Assembly: GCA_021613535.1 (NCBI GenBank) | Contig: CP075492.1 | Coordinates: forward strand, 10,850,001-10,914,000 | DNA from: Adineta vaga | Taxonomy: Eukaryota; Animalia; Rotifera | DNA: 64,000 bases | Direction: 5' to 3' | In this document: positions 43,401 through 57,578 of the stretch, in pieces | Position numbering within the stretch: the first letter of the stretch is position 1 | How the letters are laid out: every line of letters begins with the position of its first letter | Position numbers and translations under genes: made by a program | Notes under the pieces: generated by a model | Database searches by the model: none | Seen by the model: only the letters and a program-made list of their open reading frames with translations | What the model was told of the DNA's origin: nothing

Positions 43401-44118
43401 ATGGAACAAGGTAAAGATTATGGAATAATAAATGCTGGGTAAGAGAATAGATTTTGATTTGTTTTTATTGATTTTTGTTAAATTTAGATATTTTGCTCAA
43501 CGAACTTTGCGAATTGAACGAATGTATCCATCTTGGGGACATGACATCGATAAGAAAATATCACCATTGCATTTAAATCGAGAATATCATGTTTCATTTG
43601 ATGTAAAAATATAAATCGAATATCGATTAACTATTTATTATCAGTTTATTTTCTAGAAAAATTTCATTGGTAAAGAAGCTTTACTAAAACAACGAACAAA
43701 TGGTATACACAAACGTTTAGTTCAATTTCATCTTGAAGATCATAATCTTGATTCAGATCCATGGTATCTTCTTTTTATTCTCAATGATTAAATAATATGA
43801 TCTTATTGTAGGCCATGGAGCGAAGAACCTATCTATCGCAATGGTGAATTTTGTGGATTTGTTACTTCAGCAGCATATGGTTTTACAATTGGAAAACAAG
43901 TATTGATCTTTTGAAGATAATCGATAGTTTGAAAATGTTTTGTGTTTCTTTAGGTTTGTTTGGGATATGTACATGCTTCTCCTTCCGAAAAAATAACGCC
44001 TAATTATATTCGCGAAGCAACTTATGAAATTGATATAGCAACAAAACGATTTAAAGCACGTCCGAATCTCTATCCTCCATCAGAAATGGGTCCTACCGTT
44101 CAGTTAAGTAGAAATTAG
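40495..44118 (+). CDS. PDPR: Pyruvate dehydrogenase phosphatase regulatory subunit (FAD/GcvT family)
   Basis: VLIAGGGIFGQSIAYHL; GSTWQSSG (lacks the covalent-FAD His of SARDH/DMGDH); DSFTPDG, GYERPLFF, TFGKPRWF, IDMTSFTK, TGMLNELGGYENDC, THTGEDG, LRIERMY..WGHDI, YEIDIA. Confidence 0.8.
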
Positions 44119-44477
44119 TATTTCCTCTCGAGTCAATAGTTCATAATGAATCTCAATGAACAGTAGTTATACAAATGCATATTGTTTTGTAATTATTCTA
44201 GTTCTGATGATCAAAAGTTTTTGTAGAACACCTATTTACATTTGTTTTTTGACAAAAAAAATGAAATTTATATTTATTGTATTGATAAATGTCGAATAAA
44301 AATAGAAATATCTTGATTAATCTTTCAAGAAGATTATTCCAGAATTATGTTATGATAAAAATGATTAAAAGATCAAATGGAATATTTTTAGTCTAGGTAA
44401 TAAATATGAAATGGTCACGAAACAACATCTAGTAGAATAATATGATAAAAGTTAATTTGATTAATTAAAATGTTAGA

Positions 44478-47400
44478 TTAGTTCATGACGATGTTCATAT
44501 TTTTTGTTTGATCCACATAAATCTAATTTTTCAAAGAAAAAAAAATACCAAAGATTTATATTATGAATTTAAATTAATCTTACGCGATCCAATGCGTTCA
44601 ATAATTGATCCATCTTATTCGGAAAAATGCTAGCGGAATCATAATATTTTCCTCCTAATAATTCATGTTGTTCATCGAATAGATACATTTCATTGGATCG
44701 TCCTAAACCTAGGTAAAAATTCATGATTACAATAAATATCAATCTACAAGTTACTCAACCTATCCAACGCTGAAATTTTCGAAGCATAAACACTCCAATT
44801 GCATGATCTTCGTTTCGATTTACTTTCGTTTTTTTTCGTACAATACGAAAACTATCACTGATAATTGTAATAAACATACTCATACAAACGAAGACAACTA
44901 TTAAAATAAATAAACAAAAAGACAATGGACCAAGAATGGGTGCAGCATCTCGTAATTCATAAGCATCGAATTTCATTAACATCATTTCAAAAAGCATTTG
45001 AGCTGTATGTAACAATGTTGAACAACTCCAAAGTTTACCAACGAATAATAAATAGAATAATGTTAGAAAAGCCATAAAGACGAAGATGAACATGGCAAAG
45101 AATGAAAATAAATCTTTTCTTGCATATTGAAGTGTGTCAATAAATAAAGACAAACGTTGATGAAATCGACAAAGACGAAGAAATTTCAATGTACCGAAAT
45201 AACAACAAAAACCAAGAAGATAAGTTAATACATCATTGATATATGTAGTAAATTGTAAATTGATTTGAACATATCCATTCGTTTCTTTGAAACGATTACC
45301 AATTCGAATAGATTCTCGATATCTCCAGATATAAACTCCAATTACACCCCAAGAACAACCAATAATACCAAGATCAATATAAGACCAGAATCGTCGGAAA
45401 TATGAAGATTTCATTCGAAGAAAACTCTGAATCTCTTTTATCATATTATATATGATAAAAACTATATAAATGATTGTACAAATCAATTGAAATGTTGATG
45501 TGAAAACTAAATGAACGAACATGGATCTAGTTTTCGACATTTTAGGAAGAAAAAGCAAGTCTCACCTTGAAGAGATAATGGTTCAAAACGATATTGTGGA
45601 ATTAAACTACCAGTTGATAAAAATTCCATGAGAAAAGTAACTGATGTAAATAATTCAACATTTGGATTATATAAACTTAATTGAATGATAATTGCTCGTG
45701 TTTGACTATCAATCCAACTTAATCGGTGAAGTTCAGATAAATTACTTCGAAGATCAGACAATCGACCACGATATTCATACACATAACCACCAGAACTATA
45801 AGTTGTATGATCACCAACATACATATATGTATCTAATTGATTTCCATTCTGGTAGAGAAAAGCTCGATGAATTGAAGAATTCAAATTTTGTACTATCGTT
45901 TGATTGACCCATCCAGGTTCGAAAGATTGTTTTTCTTCATTGAGAAAATTATAATCTTCGTTGCATTTCGAAGACAATGGCCTATCGCATGAGATTCGTC
46001 TGATGCGTAATTGTCTCATTGTTGCCCATCCAATCAGCCGATTCGATTTATCATTAATGAAGCCACTAAGATTTCGTGGTGGTTCACCATTATACCATTC
46101 CTGTGCACGAAGATTTTCTACAAAACTCGTTTCTAACCAATTCCAATACTGTTCAGTAGTTGAAATCTATTCAAATGATAAATAGATATTCGATCGGCAA
46201 AGATATATATATATTCTTACTTTCGTATAATCTGTCTGCGGTTGATTGACATTCAAAAAGAATTTTCGTAAATGATTAACTTTGAAAAATGCATGTACAT
46301 TGATATTTGAATAGGTTATTAAATAGATCAAACTTAAGAAAGACAAATAAGATAGTACTTCTCGTATGACAGACCACATGCGGATTTCTTTTAAACGTTC
46401 ATCACGAGCCCAAGCAATTTCTCCATCATTCAAACGATCAACAGAAAGAGATGAATGAAGACCAAATGACGATGCTTTCTAAACAACGAACAATATATTC
46501 TATACATTTCGACTTCATATTCAACAAACGTTTCTTGAATGTAAATATTGTTCATTAGAACTTAATCCAAGATCATCATGATCATTGTCCAAATATTCTC
46601 CAGCTTCTTTATCTTTGTCAGATTTTCGAATAAAAAATGCAAAGAAAATGGCCAATGCAACAATCTAGAGAAAAACAATTCGATACTCATCTACTAAAAT
46701 GATCACTACATACTTTCAATGGTTGAATAAGTAGAATTGATGAGAAGAATCCACTCACAAGTGATGTTAACCATTTTTGTGTTTTCACATCACCAAATTC
46801 AATTCCACGAACAATAATAAAGAATGATGATATAACAATGAGAAGAAATGATAAACCATATGCAATAAAGATACACCACCAAGGAAACATGAATCTTTGT
46901 CGTTTCTTTTTGGTTGATTCACTCACTTGAATTGGTTGTTGTTTTAGTTTTGAAAGTGTTTCCTGTAATGGAGAATGTCGATCTTTAGATTGAGAGGATA
47001 AAGTTCGTCGAAATAATTGAATCAACAATAGACTTGGAATAAAGCATAGAATTTCAACAATAATACCAATACCAATCTATAGATTTTACATTTAAAATAG
47101 TAACAACTATTTATGACTATATGAAAAATGAATTCATACTTGTTCACGAGTAAGAAGAAGTGGACCAAATGAAAGACTTCCTGTTGTTTGATTTGCTTTT
47201 GCATTATTGACTTGATCATAGTAGAGAATATTGAAAAGCATTGAAGTGAAAAGTAAAACAAAACAACATGTACATCGTTGAACACGTGTAAATTTATTCG
47301 ATGGTGGACGAGAAAAGATTGAAAACCATAGATGACCTTCCGCCATACTATGATAGGCTTGTTTGGATAATAAATATGAAAATTCTTGTTTTTGTAAATC

Positions 47401-50400
47401 ACCAGCAATGGGTAAAGTACGTTCAATCTAAATATCAATTATTTCATTTAAGAAGAATCTATAAACAAAATTACTTACACGACCATCATCTTTCTCTACA
47501 GCAAACCATTGTTGACAAATAAAATAAGATTTTTCCATTGTTTGTAAATCACGAATAATAATATATTTCAAAAACCATGATGCTTTTTCACCTTTTCCAC
47601 TATTATCATGCCATATACGAATATAATTCAATGATCCCAATGATCTAAAACTCGACAATTCATTCAGAAAAAGAATCTTCATCTATCGTTACTTTGGAAC
47701 ACTGAGAATAAATGCATCAATTCCTCCACGTTGTAAAATCTTTCGATGTGGATCAGAAAATCGACGAACATGTGTTTCATCTTCATTACCAGCCACAATA
47801 AAATGCACCTATCAATATACACATCATGTCACTTCTCTTCTTCTCTCTTCAGTTTCATCTTACTTTCGAATCTGTTCCTGCATTTTTTCGATGACCAGTA
47901 AAGACCAAAATTTGATAAAGATATTGATCTTCATTACAATTATCTGATAAAGGTGTTACACCTAGTTTTTCTAAATCTTTCTTATCTTTATAACGTGCAT
48001 AAATAACGATCAGAATATAAAATAGACCAACGCATATCACTGTCAAATAAATTGTTTTATTCCGAACAAAATCAGCATTTGCAAAAACATAATTCCAATT
48101 GATTGGAGATGGTAATACAAGAAATCCACCTGCAAATGTTGTTAAATGAGTTGACAAACATTGAGTTTGATGATGATTCGTTTCAGATCCAACCTTTAAA
48201 GATAAATCATTCATTCGAAGAATAAATTCAAACAAGACTTACTAATAATCCTTGTGTTTGCCAAAGATTATTTTCATCTAAATAATAACAACATGATGTA
48301 TACGTTCGAAGTTCATAATCTGAACTGAAATTAAATGGTCGATTGGTGATTGGAAGATTATTGAAAGATTGATTTGCGCATGTATTTTCATATTCTGTTG
48401 AATTTAATTCTCGTAAACCATAAATGATTGATTGATGACCGAATGTTTGTTGGTTGTTAAGAAAATATTGAAAAATATTATCCGAAGTCAAATCTAAAAA
48501 AAAATCCGGCATATTCTGATCGAAGAAGATATCAAAACAGACTTGAAGGACAAAATAAAGCCCATCCATCAAGAAGAAATATTGAACTATTCAAGTGAGG
48601 TGATTGATCAAATCGATAAATTAATAAATAAGCAAGACTTTGATTCAATGGTTTCATTTCAAACATTAATGAAACACTTCGATTATTATTCCATCGAGAT
48701 TGAGCATATTTGACAAAATGAAGATTAAAAATTTGATGATGAGTAGTGTTTTCAATGGCTGTTGTGACATTTTGTAAAGTCATCGATGGAATTTGTAAAT
48801 TTGGATCACGTGGAATAATCAATTCTATTCGATCATTCAAATCTGTTGCAACGGAAATTTCATTTCCATCTTTATCTAAGATTGTGAATGAAACACTTCG
48901 TGATAGATTTGTATTTGATACTAAACCATTTTTATCAGATAATGCAAGTGGTTGAACTATTGACTGAAAGAAAACGTAGAAAAATTATGCAATAGAATTA
49001 TTTAGAAATAAAAATAAACCCGAAGTGAAACGATAGAATGATTATTGTTTGTTAAATGAATATTTGCTGGAATCTGGATACGTGCATCATTTATTTGTTC
49101 AATTCGTTTATTTGATAATGATGAACTCGATATTGTTTCCATTTGAAAAAATACTGATGAACAATTTATCGTCATATTTTGACCAATATTTAAATGATTT
49201 TTCATCGCATTACTGATTAATGAGATAGTTTCAGTAATTTGAAGATGAATCTTTTTCGCTAATTGCTTTTGATAATAAATATTTCGACCTTTTTCAATAG
49301 TTTCCCATGAGAAATCATTTTCATCAGCAAATAAATCTATACCAATCGAAATCAAATTCTTATAAACATCATTCATCTCTAGTCCTACTTGGATTTGACC
49401 ATTCAGAATCAAGATCTGTATCATAATCAACAGGAAAAGTATTTGCATTCAACCAATCTTTATCGAGAATACTTGTTCGAACTTGTAATGGACCATTGAC
49501 ACTACTCAATACTTGACTAACACATTGAGTCAAATATGTTGCAACAGTTTGAACATCATTGGAAGAGATTTTTGTACTTTTTGATTGTAACGCTAATGCT
49601 AATTCATGACATTTATTCGATGCAATGGACTATAAAAGAAAGAAAGAAAAAAAACTAGCAAAATGTTATAAACGTTATGACATACTAAAGAATTTCGTGT
49701 TAGTTGATTTGTTGCTTCCGTCAATTGAGCTAATAAAGATGATTGTAATTTGATACTTTCGACTGTTGTGATCGAGAGATTTGTTACATGTTGAATGAGA
49801 AAATCTCGAATATTTGTAATAACATTCACTTGTTTGTTGTATTCAGCGAGAGCAGCAAATGCATTCAATGCACCGGATGATGACTAAAGAATACGCAAAA
49901 TATGTATTTATCATATGAAAATATCACAAAATGAATTTACTGTTTGTTGAATTTTATTATGTAATAATGAGATAGATATTGTGGATATAGGAATACCATC
50001 TAAATGAATATTATCTTTGTTTTTACAAAAGAACAGGTACAAGAATACTCACTTATCAAAGCCTTTTCAATTGCTTGATCATTAATCTTATTAAGTTGTT
50101 GAGATAATGATGTTATTATTTGACTAATTCGATTTTGATTTCCACTTGCAAGTATTTGAACAAATGAATTGTTTGTAGAATTTCCAAAACTTTCTATACC
50201 TTCAAAATCAGATTTAACAATCACAGGAGATAAATTAAACTCAGTAACACAATCAAATGTATCATGAATATATGCAACAATATGTAACAATGATCCATTT
50301 TCATTTGTTCCAGGCAGAAGAACTTCATTTGTTGATAAGCTCGAGAAAGCAAGCATTATTCGATCTGATGGATTTGTTATCCATCCTATTCAAACAAGAC

Positions 50401-53400
50401 ACAACTTTCTTTCTTTTTCAAAATGAGATGAATACATACCATACAATGAATAATCTTTAATGTTGTCTTCATCGAACCAATTTAAACATGAAATCGTAAA
50501 TAACGTACTTGTTGTACCATTCAAAGGACTTATTGAACAGGAACCATTGTTTGGTGGTTGATTGATGATGAAATTCAATGCACTAGAACTTGATCTATTT
50601 CCGAACCAGTAAACAACTTCAAATCGCCAATATGTTATCGAAGGATTCGCAATAAATAATTGATTTGTTGTTGTAAAATTATTTGTGTTCATACCTAAAC
50701 AAATAAAAAAACGATTCTTTTCTGAAGAAGTAATCAGTCATGCGATAGTCTTACCAAAAAACCAAATATCTCGATAGACATTCATCTGATTAAATAAAGT
50801 CCATTGAGTAACATTGGATGATACATTCACTGATCCTTGATAAATATTCCATGTAATATGATCAGCTTTCGAACAATTATTCACACATATAGAAAATAAT
50901 GCTACTTGTGTAGTTGGATTGATATATTGATATTCAACATTTGGAATACACATTGATGAAATCACACAACTGAATCATAATTACTCTTAGTTATTTGTAG
51001 AATATAACGGAAGAAACAAACTTACGCAAGAACTATTAATGGAGTTGGAATTTCTTCTACACGTATTAGAAGATAACCAATTGCTTGCAAAGAAGAATTT
51101 TGACGATGTGTCATACGAGTCATCATTTGATATGTTTGATTTGAAGAAAATGAACCCGGTAGAATGACCAATGAAGATTTTGGTGATGTGATTGATCCAT
51201 AATATTGTAATCCAGATCCATTTCCTGTTCGATTTGATAAACACGATGGATTGTATGGATCAATACGAGAATCATCGATGGTTAACAATGTTCCATTCAT
51301 ATTTGGAAATGTGTAATGTTCATATATTCGACAATAATAGTCATAATTCCAATTCTATCAAAGAAACAATTGAAATTCATTTTCTAAGTGTTACCTATTT
51401 ACTTACATTTGCATTAAATGTAGTTGCATCTGGATCAACAGAATATGCGCCTGGATTTAAGATCAACTCTTGTTGATAGCTATGTACGATCATTGATGTA
51501 CCATATTGAATCAAATTAGCTGCAATATTCGATGGAATAATTTGAACATAAGCAAAAATAGTTGAAACCATATTAGAAGAGATTGACATGATTACAGTAA
51601 GTTTGAACTCATAGATACCATATTCGAGAATATTTGCGGGAATGAAAAGTTCACTGTGTGAAGTGACTATTGATGGGTGAAGTTGAATATCAGTTAAACA
51701 AATTGATGAACATTGTTTCAGCGTCCATTTAATGATTGTAGAAAGTGATGAATTACAATTTAACTGAAGATAAGACATGAGATAAATACTTTGACTCCTT
51801 CGATATTGTAATGGTGTTAATAAGGTTGATGGCCTTTCAAACAAAGTGATATTAGGAGACTGGCACGCTAAATGAAAGAAAAATTATATGAATCATTTTT
51901 TATACTTCCTAAAAATTACTATTGTTAACTGGTAACAGTATGGATACTAGTGTTGTGGTCACCGATGAAGAGGTAGTGGTAGTATCGGTGATTGTTGTAA
52001 TCGTTAACGATGAATTTCCAGTAGTATTACCTGTAGTAGTTGCTGTCGCTAATGATGAGTTTTCAGTAGTAATATATGTAGTTACTGTTGTTGCTAAAAG
52101 AAAATAGTTGTGTTTTATTTTGTCAATGAGAAAGATTTCAAATTATTTACCAGAGTTATTTGACACAAGACGAAATTTCTGAATACGACTGTTATTTTTA
52201 TCGGCAACATAAATATTTCCATAACTGTCGAAAGCTATTGACCATGGTAGCAATAATTTCTGAGCACTACCAATTGCTCCTGAACATCCAACTAAGCAAC
52301 GAAAACCATTAGTATCTTGTCTAACAATACGGTTTTGTCCAGAATCAACGATAAACAAGTAATTATTTCCATCAAGTACAACACCTCTTGGATATACAAG
52401 TGCTATGCCAACTGGTGATGTACCTCCAGCTACTGTTGTTCCATTAAGCACACCTGAACTAAACCGTTGAATTCGATTGTTACCAGTATCTGCTACATAT
52501 AAATCTAGGTTGTCATTAACAAAAATTCCCGAAGGTACATCAAGTTGGTATGATGTTTGACCAGCACAACCGGTACCAGCGATAGTTCTAATCTCATTTG
52601 TCAAATCAGATAGTGATTTTACAATGACTTGATTCAAAATTGCTATGGAACAGTGAATACGATTGATAATATCAATAAACAGACCACTACATCGTCCACT
52701 TGTATACATAATTGAAGTGCTATTTGTAGAATTCAATCTCCGCTTATCGACTTCGGCATGGCGATGCATCATCAAAATAAATTTCTCCGCTATTACTAAC
52801 GAAGAAACTGTTGGGAAATGATGAACCACTAGAAATATTTTTCATTGATTGATTACTTCCTTCAGGCCAGATTTGGATCTGTTTAAAAGCTGACGAAAGA
52901 ATGTAAACGGTATTATTTGTATTAACGAAAACACCGTATGGAAATAAACCAATTGAACCACTATTTGCAAATGTTGTTGCATTAACATTCCATATGGCAA
53001 ATGTATCAAATGTTGGTCGATTGTATGAAATGACTCAAATAAATAAGAAAAAAAAAATGTTATTTTTTTATTTTTAGAACCATATTTGATAGCCGTTAAA
53101 AGAGTAAAATACATAGTAAATCACTTACTTTCTGAATAGGATGCATTTGAATTCAGAGACGATGTTGTTAATGCAATTTTCGTAGTTGTTGGTCCTGCTA
53201 TCGAAATAAATTAAATTATCAGTGATATAGGAATATAGAAATAGATATTACCGTACGTTGTTAACATATTTTGTGTTGTCATACTAGTAGCTATAGGAAA
53301 AACATAGTCTTATAGTATATCACAAACAATTTCAAATCAGAAATATATTTTTTATTAACAAAAAAGACTTTATGGAAGGATACTTACCACAAGAATTCGT

Positions 53401-54597
53401 ATTGATAAGAAACTTTTGAATTCGAGCATTTCCCCAATCAGTAACAAACATATTCCCATAACTATCGAAACTAAGTGTTCCTGGTAATATTAATTTATCT
53501 GATGTGGAACCACCACCAGAACATCCTACCAAGCATCGAAAACCATTCGGTCCTGATCCAATAATTCGATTATTATTACCATCAACAATAAACAAATATC
53601 CATTAACATCGAGTACGACACCGCTTGGACAGTTTAATAAAATATCACCTGATACACCATTGCCTGCAACTGTTTTTCCATTCAGTTCATTGATTTCGAA
53701 TAGTTGAATTCGATTATTGCCACAATCTGCCACAAATAGGTTCAAATCAGTATCGACGAAAATTGCTTGTGGATAAGAAATCATATTTGAAGCTGGTCCT
53801 ATACATCCCGTACCAGCGGCAACAATGGATGTATTGATATTACTAGCGAGCGATCTTTTAACAACTTGATGGCGATCTTGCATGGAACAATATAAAGTAT
53901 TGTTAACATCAATAAATACACCAAAACACGCTTTACCAACATACATAGCAGGTGTACTAGTGGTTGCATTGGCTGCCCATTTGTCTACTCGACCGTTTGA
54001 AAATCCATTATCAACATAAATTTCGCCGATATCTGTAACAAATAAATTGAATGGTCCATTCAAACTACCCGAGACGTTTCTACTCGGACTGCTCTGTCCT
54101 TCTAACCATACATGAATTCTGCCATAATATAATGATGCAGCATAAACTTATTAGTATTGACAAAAACACCAAATGGTGTGGGACCTATGGTCTTGTTTTC
54201 AACGAAAGTAAGACCATTCGTATTCCATGTCGTCAATGGACAAAATTTTGGACGATTGTACGATATAGCTATATAGAAAGAAGATCAGTTTAACTCTGAA
54301 TAGTTTATTCTCGGCTTTTTGTCTCTACGAAATAGTATACCCTTTGTTTCACTAATGATCAGTAAAATACATAACCCAAGAGTCAACTTTGCCATTGATA
54401 GTATCCTTCCGAAGGAATACTTCAGTAATGTTACAAAGAGATACTGTTTCAGAAACTTTCAGTGGTATCGAATCGGCGATAATAATATTCTTGTTGATAG
54501 CGTTTTTACCGTCTGATATACTTTTTATTTGGATAAAAACAAATAATTCTACAAGCGAAAGAATATTAATTTATTTTTACATAAACAAAAACATCAT
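44478..54597 (-). CDS. Polycystin-1-like (PKD1L) receptor: 2 NHL propellers - Thr stalk - REJ - GPS - TM - PLAT - PKD channel; 5' part disrupted and 5' end uncertain
   Basis: NHL repeats (VADTGNNRIQ, FDSYGNIYVAD), REJ (PLQYRRSQ, PPNNGSCSISP), GPS QCLSTHL|TTFAG, PLAT (TGHRKNAGTDS, IRIWHDNSG, WFAVEKDDG), HLWFSIF..FTRVQR, MRQLR, WIDSQTRA, channel TMs. Spliced frame open from ~52094 to stop 44478; frameshifts at ~54149 and ~52765. Confidence 0.85.
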
Positions 54598-55994
54598 ATG
54601 AAATTTATGTACAAGAATTATTATATTGTATATTGTTTCGTAGCATTACAATCCTTATCTGATAATCATATCAATAGCACGGTAGAACGATTCCATTTTT
54701 TAAAGAACTTTACATGCGAATGAAATCATTCTATTTAGTCGAGATTTGGTTGTATTTCGCACGACCTACATTATTCTCTGTCTTTTAAATATTTTATTTG
54801 TATTATTCTATGTAATTGAAAACGATATTCATTCAATAAACTTTTTTCGGATGTGTGTTTGTTTATTTATTTTTTATACGGCTGAGCGTCATAAATGTAC
54901 TATTTTCAAGTAAAACAAAGAATTCAAAGTTTAATTAGTTTTCTACCGGTGATATATTGACATCATAGAAAAAGTCTGCAGACTTTATTGATATATATGT
55001 TCTTGATTTAATGTTCTAAAATCGATTTCACATCTACATAAAGGAACAGTTGTTCTTGAAATACTCAAGCTACGAATCAATACAAATCGAGTAGAATGGT
55101 ACTAGGACAATTCGTCGCATATATGTTATAATTAATTGCAAAGCTACATATGTAATTCGATTAATAGGATAACTATACTATCACAATAGTCGTGTTAGTA
55201 ACACCAAGTGCAATCTAATATTCTAGTGGTATTGCGACCAAGAAGATACGGATTCACTCGAAAACTTCATACAAAATGTTTCGAAAGTACCAAAAAGCAA
55301 AACACAGAATTTGAATAGTAAAAAAACTTCTAAGAAAGTCTTAAGAGGAAAACGTTATTCAGTTAACTGTCAGACAAAAAATTTATTTCGTTTGAAACGT
55401 TAGGTTATATTTCAACATTACGAATCAAACAGATTCAAGCAAACGTCTACTAAACAAAAACATTCTACAACTTAGCGAATGATTTTTATCATAGTTCATT
55501 TAGTGAATATTTAATTTTTAGGATGTTTATTTTAGTTAGTGAAAATCCAAAGATTTCTTTTATGAAATATACATTAGCTCACAACAATGATCGCTATGTA
55601 AAATGAGTATTACCTCCAAATTGAGATTCTCGATAAAATACGGCTCAAGTTAGTACTGCTCCTTTACAGTATACATAATAAATTATCAAGACTATCTATT
55701 CATAATTATGAAGCCTTACAAATCCCTTATAGAATCCGTCTTCCGTAAACAAAACAACCCAGGTACTGTTTTATTCAGAAGTGTAAAGTTTTGAGTTAAT
55801 TTCTGTTAAGTTTGTTTCGTTACGTATTGTACATTTGTTTAAAATTATTGTTTCTTTTTCGAACGTGATGACCCTCATACAATGTTTATCTCTCTCTCTC
55901 TACCTTTATATTATGTTAATCTTATTACAATTAAATAATTATGCGACGAATTATCCAGTCACCATCTATCGATCGATTCGTGCATAAAATCAAA

Positions 55995-56576
55995 GACACA
56001 ATGACTCTGGTCTTTTTGAATTCTTTCTGAAATCAAAATCATAAGCCACAAGCATTTTTTCCACACAACCCTTGGTATACGGGTCTAAAACAAACAACTG
56101 GTTCTATTCAATAACCGACAGTCTTTGTTATATATCCAGACGGTGCAACACACAATTGTTCACATTATTTTTCACGATTTTTATCATTTCATTTGACCAT
56201 CACCAGACATAAATCCAGTACTATGTTCATTGACTCGCCTTAATTCATCACTAGTGATGAAAAATGTGTATACCCAGTTAGATACTTTCACCTAAATCAA
56301 TTTGAAAGACTCAGGGTATAAGGGTCTTAAGGATATAAGGGTCATAAGGATCTAAGGGTCGAAAGGTATAAGACCCTTAAGATCCCTATGACCCTTATAC
56401 TCTTACACACTTAGACACAAAGATAGGACGACTTCCGAAGTTATGGAGGACGAAGGTATGCATGTGTATATGTATATAATTATGAAGATTCGAAGACTCA
56501 TGATTTCAATCGGAAATGATATCTGTTTCTTCTTTTCTTAATTCAGAAAGAATTCAAATAGACCATTGTATGTGTC
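55995..56576. mobile_element. MITE/foldback-like non-autonomous element
   Basis: Inverted arms: 56008-56031 tggtctttttgaattctttctgaa vs 56542-56565 (23/24 match as reverse complement), extending to gacaca/tgtgtc; internal palindromic repeat array. Confidence 0.6.
56313..56418. repeat. Inverted array of 8-9 bp tandem units (taagggtc/taaggat)
   Basis: 56334-56360 tataagggtcataaggatctaagggtc pairs with 56372-56399 gacccttaagatccctatgacccttata. Confidence 0.85.
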
Positions 56577-57442
56577 TGTCTCGACAGCGACTCGAAGAAT
56601 TAACTGGGACACATGGCTCGATAATCTTCATTTCGTAAGTGAAACTTCATTGAGAAATGAGTAAAGTATTGTCAATCTTTTTTCCTTCGTTTTAGTATGA
56701 ACATGCCCAATTATTCGAGTTAAACATTGATTGATTTACCTTACCGAAGAACGTTGTTGATTTTCTTCTTCGGTTATTTTATTCCATCGTAGAATTATTT
56801 GTCTGTTTCTTGTTCATTGTTAGGTTTTTCTGTCTTTGCTGTTATTGCTATTCATCAAAACTTCATTTTGATTTTTAATAAACAACAAAGGAGAAGCAAA
56901 TGACATGGAAATGTCAATTCGATTAGAATTCACTTCATGTTGGCATTGATTGTATGATGAACTCTGTGATTGATCTCGGGACGAGTATGGATAGAATCTA
57001 GTGATTCTCATATGGAATTTATTGTAATATCTGCCAATTGTTTTTTCCATTAATGACAACTAAATTAACTCTGAGAAGTTTTGCTTGTAATAGAATCAGA
57101 CATATGTGCTCATGTCGAGCTAGTATATGCGCTTTTCTAACCATTTCTGTTCCGTCAATGAGTCTAGATCGTGTTTTGTTCGATGCATCTGTCCCTTGTT
57201 TGTTGTTGTTAAGTTTGCTCTTGCAGTAGAAAAATGTATGTACACAAAAGATACGTCAGAGCAATATCAAAGAAAAGCGTATGATTATATCACATGTGAA
57301 TGGACAATACAGAACGGCTTCATACTACAGGTATGATATGAAAATAATCTCAAGTTGATTTTTTTTAATGTAAACATAAGACAAGCAGCAGAGAGATGCA
57401 AAAAATTAAGATGAACATGTTCCATGAACTGTATTTTGATCA

Positions 57443-57490
57443 AGGGGGAAACGGCGGATTTCGTCTTCCGGGAGTACGCCGTTTCCCCCT
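57443..57490. other. Perfect 14-bp GC-rich hairpin, 20-nt loop
   Basis: agggggaaacggcg (57443-57456) ... cgccgtttccccct (57477-57490). Confidence 0.9.
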
Positions 57491-57578
57491 CGAACCCAAT
57501 GGTGCAATATGTTGAATATAAATGCTTTGCCTACATACTATTTATTGTTATGAAATAGAAAAACAAAACAAAAAAACA

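Noticed and set aside
56313-56418. Repeat array considered as CRISPR or telomeric
   Set aside because: No unique spacers, no cas genes, eukaryotic context; units are degenerate and inverted.
56640-57340. Minus-strand coding-like stretch, possible pseudogene
   Set aside because: Multiple stops in all frames and no family I can recognise.
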